This document shows positions 54,358 to 64,000 of a stretch of 64,000 nt of DNA, one piece after another (positions within the stretch are counted from its first letter, which is position 1; every line of letters begins with the position of its first letter). This DNA is from Thalia democratica (lineage: Eukaryota): the NCBI GenBank assembly GCA_965202585.1, contig OZ241828.1, forward strand, positions 20,088,001 through 20,152,000. Direction: 5' to 3'. Under the pieces are notes generated by a model that saw nothing but the letters and a program-made list of their open reading frames with translations, ran no database searches and was not told where the DNA came from. The translations under genes were made by a program, and so were the position numbers.

Positions 54358-57300
54358 TTAAGAGCTCTCTTCACTTATCGGCAGGTCCTTATGATCAAAC
54401 TTCAAATTTCCGTCTTCACTGAAATCGTGCACCGTGTGGCCGTCGCCCCTGACAACCCACTTGTAGGTTAGCAACCCCTCGCTTCCCACGGGTCCCCTCG
54501 CGTGTATCCGGGTCGTTGACACCCCAACTTCCGCCCCCAGCCCCATACGTTGACCGTCCGCAAACCTGTGTTGAGAAATAAGAATTTGATTAAAATAGTA
54601 TGTTATTTAAATATTATTTGTTAAAGTTATGTAACTAATGTAAATAATTTTTAAAAAATCATAAAGCTATAAAAGTTTTTTTCAAACTTACATTGCTTAA
54701 TGCTAACTAAAACGATAACAAAAAGTGACAGTTAGAGTTTTACTACTAAAAGTTAATTTAAAATTTATTTGATTTAAAACGCGTAAACTTTGTATGGCCG
54801 TCAACAACATGCTTTAAGTAGCAAAAAAAATAATTGGCTAAAACAGAGCACTAAACATCGTTAAGAAAAGTACTTATTCTTTATTTCACTAGACAAATTT
54901 ACTAAAAAACATACTTATGACATACAGTTACAAAACAAACACACACCTAGTACTAGTATTATGGAACACACAAGCACTATCAACATTTTGCAGGAAATAA
55001 TCAGCATTGTCCTGGTTATTAGTGACAATGGAATCGGTGTGAGAACTTCCATATTGAGATATGTGATCTACAGCGTCTTGTACATTGTCCACTATTTCAA
55101 TACAACACTCCATTGCAGAGTATTCATGGTTTAGATTTACTGTTGATGTAGGTCCGAATAATAATCTGTTTGTTAATTGTTTGTTTATTAATATTGATTT
55201 CAACACAACGATTTGTTGATGTATGTTCAGTGTGTAAAGATACTTTAGATGTAGGTCCAAACAACAATCTATTAATTAATTCTTTATTAATTATAATTAT
55301 TTATTTTTATTGAACTATTTCAATACAAAATCTAATAGATGAGTATTCAGTATTTAGTTGTACAACAGATGTTTGAACAAATAACAATAATCGAAATCTA
55401 AAAATAAATTACTATTTGTTTCTACAATTTTACACTACATTCAATACAAACCTGGAAGCAATCTTGGGTCCGAGGTGTATTTTAACACCCTCAGCAGCCA
55501 ATATATCGTTCAACTGTTTGAACACAGATGTGTGAAGTAAATCTTTGTGAATCAACAATGTTTCCATTGCATTACAAGCTGCTGGATAGTTACATTTCGC
55601 GTCACGTACTACTCTGTAGGTTTAAATATCACAAAAGATATTAACTTTACATCAGTGTACGACTTTTAAGTTTATTAATTATAATTTTTAAAACGTATAC
55701 AGTTAAACATTTGAAAAAAAAATACAAAAACACATTGATTTTTTTACATCTGAGCAAAAACTATATTTCTATATTTAAATTTAGCAAACATCTACTTTAA
55801 GCATTTTGTGTATAAAAATGAGATCAATAACATTTCTGATATAAAGTATTAGCTCAGAATGTAATTTTACACGGGTAGCTTAAATCTTAGTTAATAATCG
55901 TTTACTGACAAATTTTTCATACCAATTTAAGTAAAATCACAACGTTTAAACAAGTTCAGTTCAGAACAAAATGGTTAATAAAAATCAATGATCATCAACA
56001 ACAACCTTTTTAACAAGTTATAATTTAACAAATTACCCTATATAAATATAATATAATAAAAAAGAATATTACCAACCTGCAAGCCTGATCAACACTGCAG
56101 TCCCTATCAACAAACACGTGACAAACACCCTCGCTGTGGCCCAGCACTGGTACACCTGCCGGGGCGGCCTTCTCCTGGATGCCACGGACCATGTCGCTGC
56201 TTCCACGGGGTATAATCAGGTCGATGTGGCCCTTGCAGTTGTCTATCAGTTGAGACGTTGCTTCTCTGCTTTCTACCTGTTAAAACAGTGTTTCTAATTA
56301 GAGAGTTCATTGAATAATATTTATTTGCAGTTGTCCATCAGATGCGATGTTGCTTTTCGAGATTCGACCTGTGAAAATAGTTTTAAGTTAGGGGGTTCTG
56401 TTTATGTATACTTAAATTTTATATAACAGCCCCCTAACAGCCTTACTTCGGAAACTCGGTCTAAATATCGTCAAATTTTACTTAAAAGTAAATGATACCA
56501 ACCCTGGTTTCAGTATGACTGAAGGGGTGATTTCTTTTTTAGAAACAATCAATGATGCATGAACAAACTAATGGTTTCCTAACTAATATCGACGCCTTAC
56601 TTTGGAAACTACTGATATACATTTTGCGAATTTTAAGTATTACCACTTAATTTAGCTAGTTTATTTTTGCTTAGCTTTTATATTGCACTACTTAAATGAA
56701 TATCAACTAAAAAATTTTTGTAAATCATAAAATATACATAGGATACAAAACATAATATCATAATAATTTCAAGATTTAGAGAGTTACTCTCTATTTTTAT
56801 GTAGCCTTATGTAGCTAAAAATGTTATGTACTAATAAAGTCATGATAAATACAACTAACCAACTGTGCAGCATCTGAGCATTTATGAAGATCCAAGCTGT
56901 CTTGTACTAGTTTATGCAGGGCCTTGTTAGTATTCAGTGATTCCTTCCCGCCTTTCAACAGCACCCCGTTACCTGTTGCAATGGCGAGTGATGCTATTTG
57001 CGGCAGGCAATCCGGCCTGCTCTCGAATATTATGAGAACAACTCCTATTGCCACGTTGATCTGCTCTGCTGTGAGGCCTTCTGCTAGCTGTAATATTATA
57101 CAGATTTGTATAGTTATTTTGCAAGTAAATTTCTCAAAATTTTACAACTCCAAGATTTTAGGCTTATTCGAATATAACTTTTTTGTTTGAGATTTTAACA
57201 ATATTTTTATTTTGGTGAGTAACGAACTTTAATCATTCTAACTGCTAAAAGTAAACAAGTAAGTAAGAATTTTTTTGTTTTTAAGTATAAGTTTAACTTT

Positions 57301-60300
57301 ACATTCTTCAAGTTTACAATAAATTCCTGCAATTCAGTTTTCTTTTTTACCATAAGAATTTACGTTTCTTAAAAATCTACCTATTTCTCAGATAACAACA
57401 TTTAAAGCTTATTTTTGCAGATAAAATAATACTTCGTTTATGTTTTATAGTATATATTTAAATAAGATGCTTGTTAACCAATAACATATAAAAAAAAAGT
57501 TATATTACCTGTCTCCTCAACAATATCTTGCCCAGTTTATCGCAACTGTCTTGCGCAACCTGTCTTATACCAGTGGCCAGCTCATTTATTTTAGCTGGTG
57601 ACATTACTAATCTGCTCACCATTGATGGTGACAATTTTGAATCCTTTTTTGCGTTTGCTACGTCTATCTGTAAGAAATAATTTACCATTATTTTTATTCA
57701 CGTATTTTTATACTATATTCTACAAATGTAACAATTTCAATGTATGTATTATAAACCTCCTTAGTTTTGGTTTTCAAATACATTATTATTTTGACATCAG
57801 TTTCAGAACCTAATTTTCCATATTATGAGTAAAAAATATATGAAGTAAGTGTAAAATTAAAAATTTGTTATCAAATTTGTTCATTTTAAATGATAAACCT
57901 ATATAATAAGCTTAACAAATACTTTCTATAATTATGCAGTTAGATAATGTATCAAAATTGTAAAAGATAAAAAACAACCTATGTATAACTAAAAATATAG
58001 CAAAAACTATTAAGTATTAGTTGTTTATGATACAGACTTTTTTTACAAATTATGTTATATTATATTCTATATCTATGTTAGCAATATAGAATAAAACAAT
58101 ACTTTTGCATACTACTTAATATTTATTTTAACAAACCATATTAGCATTTATGATTTTATCTTGCCTCTCAATCAAAAGATCTGCCATCTTATTAAGAATT
58201 TCCCTTCTTTCATCTCCTGATAGTTGCTGAAGTTTTCTGCTGCCGTTTCTAGCATCAACACCCTGATGTGTGTCGGATGTTGCTTGCACTTCTGATCTGT
58301 TTTGTTTATTAAATGTTATTTGAAACAGCATTTACTTATATGATTATTAATATAGGTTGATACCTAGTGTGTGTCAAATGTTTATTGAGAATCTAACTTT
58401 AAACATTAAAAATATATTATTTTAATGTACTTTAAAAATGAATATTTAGTTTCTGAAGCTAATCGAACTTCTGACCCTATGTTAATAAATGGTTTTCATC
58501 ACAACGGTAGCTTTTTAATTTCTAATTTCTAATTTTAAATTTCGTTTTAGTTTGCGCCTCCCATAAGGATCCTATTGTTGCCTCCGACTTTGAAGCGGCT
58601 ACATCTCAAAAATTATTTTGAATTTTTAAAATCTGTAAAAAGCATCTTGTAGCTTAGTAAAAACTATATAAAATAAGATCAAAAACCAAAAAAGGGTGTT
58701 TACCCCCCTATGCCCTTAATACTTAATGAATGGCTGATGTAAACAATAATCTTTACTCATTTAACTCAATACATTGTAGGTAATATTTAGATAATAATAA
58801 GTCACAAGGCTTATAGGCTTGTAACAAAAGACAATATGGTTTTGAATCTGCATGTGGCCTTTTCTTTTTTGGACCAGTAAAATGAATGGAAAAAAAGTTA
58901 AAGTTTAGGCTAAAATAAGAATAAATAATGTTTTATAATAAACTATTTATCTGGTGTCCAGAAGTTTAATAACATTTTATCTTGTGTTTCAAAACTAAAA
59001 ACAAAACTTATAAATCATTGCAATCAACTTATAAATTACTAAAATTTAAGTAGATAAAGAGACTTACGCTTTAATTAATAGTTATTAGTTGTAAAATATA
59101 AATAGTAAACTAACTTATCATGTGTGAAGAAAGTACCAATTTCTTTTCCATTAACAATATCCAGCAACATAGTAGTACCTTGTTTGGAACAACCATTACA
59201 AATTACTACTGATGTACCGTGATTTAAACACCACACTGATGATTCTACCTGTTTTTTAATAAAGGTAGTTTAAAAATAAAAAAATTCAACGAAAATATAA
59301 ACTTTAACAGAAATTAAATAGAATTATAGTTAATGTTGTAACTGTTTTGTAATTAAGCTAGTTTTAGCATCACAATTACATTGAAAGTATTTTTTATCAA
59401 ATAAATTTAAACCGTGCATTTGTTGTTTTTAAAACCTGCGGTTAACATTTTACCACAATTTTTTAGTACAACAAAATTTAAAACGAAATTAAAATCTTTT
59501 GGGTAAGTTCTATTGAGTACTAAACAATAAAAAAGTATTGGAATAAATAAAAAAACACTCTATTTCTATCAATCAAACTGAAGTAAATAAAAAGTTTCTT
59601 AAAATTTTTACGCAAAAACATTTAATCAATTATGGTAGCTTAACTTTTGAGAATAAAAATAAGCTAGGGCTTAAATTTAGATTAAACACAAATAAAAATT
59701 CAACTTAACAAAAACTGATAATACAAAGGAAACAAAAAAAACAACAAACCTTGGAGTCCATACCACCGAGTCCAACATTGGACTTTTCTCCAAACTCAAC
59801 TTGATCGCTGAACACTTGAGGGCAGTAAACAGGTATCAACTTGCTGTTTTCAACACTCGGGGGCGCTGTTAGCAGTCCGTCGACGTTCGACATCAAAACT
59901 AGTAAGTCGGTGTTTGTTTGTACTGCAAGTCTGTGAAAAATAAAAAATTAAAATAAATTGCATTTTACATCGCTGTAAGCATGTATTTTAACTTGGAAAA
60001 ATACTATACTTCGATTGTTTACGTAGAGTTTATATTAAAAACTCTTAACTTTATTAAACTATCTTTTTACCTTGCAGCTACTTCATTTATAATTTTATAA
60101 AAATTGATTATTTTTAAACAAAATTCTTACCTAGCAGCAAGTGAATTATAACCACTTATTTAAAAAAATTTCCGAATAAAAAACAACTAACCTGTCAGCA
60201 AATTATAAATGGTTTTTTGTTTAACAGAAAGTAATGAAAGTATAAAATAAGCATTAAAAAATACAAACCTAGCAGCTAGTGAATCATTGTCGCTTATTTT

Positions 60301-61760
60301 GATAGCTCCTTGGACATCTTTAGAATGGGGTACAGGAGCTGCAGCATCGTTTGTGTTAATAATTGGTACAATAGATAATTGTAACAAGTTGTCAATAGTT
60401 GATCTGTGTAATATTAATTTGTGTTAATGATGGAAACTACTGATAATTGTAACAAGTTGTCAATAGTAGATCTGTGATAAAATATATTTGTATTAATGAT
60501 GGGAACTATTGATAATTGTAACAAGTTGTCAATAGTTGACCTGTGATAATATATATTTGTATTAATGATGGGAACTATTGATAATTGTAACAAGTTGTCA
60601 ATAGTTGATCTGTATAAAATATATTTGTGTTAATAATGGGAACTATTGATAACTGTAATAAGTTGTCAATAGTTGACCTGTATAAAATATATTTGTGTTA
60701 ATGATAGGAACTATTGATAATTGTAATAAGTTGTCAATAGTTGACCTGTGATAAAATATATTTGTGTTAATGATGGGAACTATTGATAATTGTAATAAGT
60801 TGTCAATAGTTGACCTGTGATAAAATATATTTGTGTTAATGATGGGAACAATTGATAATTGTAATAAGTTGTCAATAGTTGACCTGTGATAAAATATATT
60901 TGTGTTAATGATAGGAACTATTGATAATTGTAATAAGTTGTCAATAGTTGATCTGTGAAAAATATATTTGTGTTAATGATTGGAACTATTGATAATTGTA
61001 ACAAGATGTCAATAGTTGATCTGTGAAAAAGATTATTTTATTATCATAAAGACAGACTTTGGTTTTTAGAATTCTTATAAATTTAAAAAACTTTTTAAAT
61101 CAGACAAAAAATATCAAATGAATAAGTTGTTTGCTACAATAACTAAGTAATATTATAATCTTGCCGTATAATTCAAATAAACTGCATTTGTACTCATATA
61201 CAGATGCCAAGCAAAAAGTCTTAAAAATGGAAGATACATTTTAGCTTAAGTTAGTTTAGTTTAAAAGATTCTGTATTAGAATAAAAGTTTAAGTTTTGAT
61301 CATGTAAAACAAATTTCTTTTACCTTAGCACACCTCTGCGTTTAATTTAAAGTAAATACAGTTTTTACAAAAATATTTGTAGTGAAAAATAAACTAAGAT
61401 TTGAACAGAAAATCAAGATATATTTTGTCACTTACCTTAATCTTAATATTAAAAAAAACAGCTATAACATGTTTTTATAGATGTTATTATTTTACCTCAG
61501 TGCATCTCTGTGTTCAACATCAAGATCCCTCCTACTAATCAACACTTGTGCGGTATTAACACCATACTGTCCGAACATGGCATCATATAATGACATCAGC
61601 CCTGCTTGTCCCACTGCAGCGCAAGACTGGTTGTTGATCAGGGAAGTTCCCCTGTTGTTTCTTATGGTTTCGCGCACGCTCTTGCTCAGCAGCGACTCCT
61701 TGTGGAGGATTTGTCTTCCGAAAGCGACCGCCCCGCTCGACACTATCATCACTTCTTTGC
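54358..61760 (-). CDS. ALDH18A1: Bifunctional delta-1-pyrroline-5-carboxylate synthase (glutamate 5-kinase + glutamyl-phosphate reductase), 11 exons; N-terminal exons lie beyond the window
   Basis: Exons 61760-61496, 60403-60269, 59930-59750, 59248-59115, 58296-58137, 57667-57509, 57087-56860, 56276-56077, 55613-55452, 55165-54947, 54565-54358; all phase-consistent. Motifs [84 protein letters not shown]. Confidence 0.96.
55196..55397 (-). repeat. Two diverged intronic copies of the 5' part of P5CS exon 55165-54947, each behind an AG
   Basis: 55268-55196 [24 protein letters not shown] and 55397-55310 ..[26 protein letters not shown] versus the exon [26 protein letters not shown]. Confidence 0.85.
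56321..56371 (-). repeat. Intronic copy of the 5' end of P5CS exon 56276-56077 with its own acceptor
   Basis: tttcacag|[15 protein letters not shown] versus ttttaacag|[16 protein letters not shown]. Confidence 0.9.
58693..58719. mobile_element. Solo Kolobok-like terminus
   Basis: CCCCCCTATGCCC|TTAA resembles the ends of 8554-9361 and 62002-62644; no partner end found. Confidence 0.35.
60066..60205 (-). repeat. Two or three short intronic copies of the 3' end of P5CS exon 60403-60269, each followed by a GT donor
   Basis: TCA CTT GCT GCT AG|GTAAG (60153-60131), GTA GCT GCA AG|GTAAAA (about 60085-60071), and weaker GCT GAC AG|GTTAGT (60199-60192); the exon reads TCA CTA GCT GCT AG|GTTTGT. Confidence 0.7.
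60374..61030 (-). repeat. 68/69-bp minisatellite, about 9.5 units, each made of the splice acceptor plus the first 19 codons of P5CS exon 60403-60269
   Basis: Units start near 60374, 60442, 60511, 60580, 60648, 60716, 60785, 60854, 60923 and 60991; sense unit tttatcacag|(R)[18 protein letters not shown]. Confidence 0.95.
61318..61347 (-). repeat. Decayed intronic copy of the 3' end of P5CS exon 61760-61496 with donor
   Basis: tttaccttagcacacctctgcgtttaa versus the exon edge tttacctcagtgcatctctgtgttcaa. Confidence 0.75.
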
Positions 61761-62001
61761 CTAAATAAATTTTTAGATTAGTTTTATTCTAATTATTTTT
61801 TTATAAACTGCACATTTTAAAATATATTTAAAAAGTTTTACTCTTCATATTTACTATAAAAAAAGTTGTTTTTAAGATAAAAAAAAATATTAAATAATTC
61901 AGTTTTTTTTTAATTGTTTAAGCTGCAGGTTTTAATATTTTACAATTTAGGACACATTCTATTAAAAAAAAATTATATATTATATATTTTGTTAGATTTA
62001 A

Positions 62002-62644
62002 GGCCATAGAGGGTAAGCCATGTTTTTTACAAGATTGTATTATTTTATAGGGTTTTTACAAAGCTTCAAGTTGCTTTTTACCGTTTTATTAGTTTTTGAG
62101 ATATGATCAATCGAATTCGGGCCGCATAGTAGGTTTCCTATGGGAAGAGAAAACTAAAATAGCAAAAAAAGACTATTTTGTTTAAAATATATCTCCTTAT
62201 ACATTTTCAAGTTATCTTCTTAAAACTTTCACCATTGAATCTTTATACAATAACAAAAAAACTTTACTTTAGACTTTAAAAATTTTAAGTAAAAGTCTTT
62301 TTAAAAACAAAAACCACTTTTTTTTATGATTTTTTTTTCTACATTTAAAACCATTTATAAGTAACTTTTTTTCTTATAATGAAAGGAACCTTTCCTTAAA
62401 ATTTGAAGAAGATTGCTTGAAAAATAAAGAAGGAGATAGATTTTTGAAATTTCCGAGAAAATTGACTTCAGAAAATTTGTGGTCCATATGTTTGTATCGG
62501 AAAACTTTTACTAAAAAAATTCTCAAAAGTTAAATTATACTTTTAAATTCTATACAAAATGGCTTGTAGTTTTTACTTAAAGCTTTCATATAAAAGCTCG
62601 AGTCATTGTTTTGTAATAAAAAAATGTTGGACCCCTCTATGGCC
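62002..62644. mobile_element. Non-autonomous Kolobok-like DNA transposon (643 bp)
   Basis: Perfect 12-bp TIR GGCCATAGAGGG and TTAA on both flanks; GG...CC termini rather than the CCY of piggyBac. Confidence 0.75.
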
Positions 62645-64000
62645 TTAATTTACAAAAGAGTAAAAGAACATATTAAAAAATACTACTTTCTTTGAATATT
62701 TTAAAGTTTACAATACTTTTATAAATAAAAGAGTATTTATAGACTTTGAATATTATGCAACTAGTTATTTGAATATGACGTAACATAAAAAATTATGAAA
62801 ATAAATTAAAAGCTAATCTTTTTCAATGTAATGATTTGTTTTAATTTAGTTAATAAAACCAAACTTCAATAAACATATTAGGTTTGGATAAAAAACATCC
62901 ATTAAATTTTACCATAAAAAATTTGAGAATAATAATAAAAATAGTAATCTATAAAATTTGGATTATAAACAAGTTAACAAGTTCAATTTTCTAATAATTT
63001 ACTATAAGTTACTTATATAGCATTACCATAAAATAACTTACACTTGACTTCGAACCTATATTTAGTATTTATTGTGGCAGTGGCTTGTACTATTCAGTAA
63101 AAATTTTAATGATATTTTTCTTTGTAAGATAACAAAAATAACAGAATAACTAAAGGTAAGAAGAACTAAAGGTAAGGGTATAAAACTAAATACTAATATA
63201 AAGCCTCTAAACAAAATCCAGTACTTTTCAAAACTCATGATCTTTTATTAACTGAGGATATTCACAGTACAAATACACAAGCTTAAAAGAGATACTGCAG
63301 TTATTTAGAAAAATAAATATTGTTCATACATTTAAACTTGAAGTCTGTATGTATGCAAACTTGTTATTTTTTAACTTATATCTAAGCATAAAATATAATT
63401 TTTGTACTTGTTGAAATCTAATTATTATTTTAAAGTATTTTTTCTAAGTTAAATTTTATATGCATTTATACATAAATTTTCCAATTAACTCTAAACTTGT
63501 AAGTTATTTTAATCTAAATTTTTACTTCTGAAAATCATTCTTTTTTAAGTTTTAAGTTTTTTTGATACATGATGACTTTGACTTTTATATCATCACTACA
63601 AAAAACAAATCATATTTTTTCATTAGTAATAAGATTATTTATGCTAAAATAGTGTACGCCTCCCCCTAATAGAATATTAATCTAATTTTATTAATTTTGT
63701 ACGAATGTTTTTGTCAGTCTCAAGTTATCGCCTTTTATATCAATCAAATAAGTTAAAACTTATTAATGAGTTTTTATAATTTTAACTGCGTTTGGTGTTT
63801 TGTTTATGTTTATTTTTTGTTTAATATAAATACTTTTATTTTCATACTTCTCATTGTGTTTCCTTTTTAATACCTTATTACTTTTAATACCAGTTACTCA
63901 GTTTTGATACCTGAGTCTAACATTTTACAACAAACAATATAATAATAACAATAATAATTTTATATTCATTCGAAACTATAAAGTATAAATATAGCCTACA

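Noticed and set aside
58448-58476. Weak echo of the exon 58296 start (SEVRLASET versus SEVQATSDT); a similar weak echo lies at 55645-55672
   Set aside because: Suggestive but too diverged to support individually; mentioned only as weak cases.
21369-61030. The gene 1 coding repeat and the P5CS intronic array both have a 69-bp period
   Set aside because: There is no sequence similarity between the units; treated as coincidence.
60374-61030. CRISPR-like appearance of the regular array
   Set aside because: There are no unique spacers, the context is eukaryotic, and the unit is derived from the adjacent exon.

Overview
AT-rich eukaryotic DNA with GT-AG introns, almost certainly from an animal (species not identifiable; several cathepsin B intron positions match the vertebrate gene). 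Contents: (1) a head-to-head pair of giant, nearly intronless genes separated by about 550 bp. The minus-strand gene (about 5,140 aa) needs one 246-bp intron to join its last exon; the plus-strand gene is about 2,648 aa. They share an N-terminal FKVHEIxY motif, an internal QLLG repeat domain and a C-terminal tail-anchor ending GxPxLx[RK][RK], so they look like ancient inverted paralogs of an unrecognised family of organelle-anchored scaffolds. An RFX X-box-like site lies between them. (2) A complete 8-exon cathepsin B gene. (3) Eleven exons of a 5'-truncated bifunctional P5CS (ALDH18A1) gene. (4) Several DNA-transposon derivatives (hAT, Tc1/mariner-like, Kolobok-like). The most unusual signal recurs in both spliced genes: exon edges, together with their splice sites, are copied in tandem into the neighbouring intron ('exon-edge echoes'). 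Several copies differ from the real exon mostly at synonymous positions, although using them would usually cause a frameshift or stop. All exon models, alignments and counts were made by eye and need RNA-seq and raw-read confirmation. The region 1-11 kb could not be annotated reliably.
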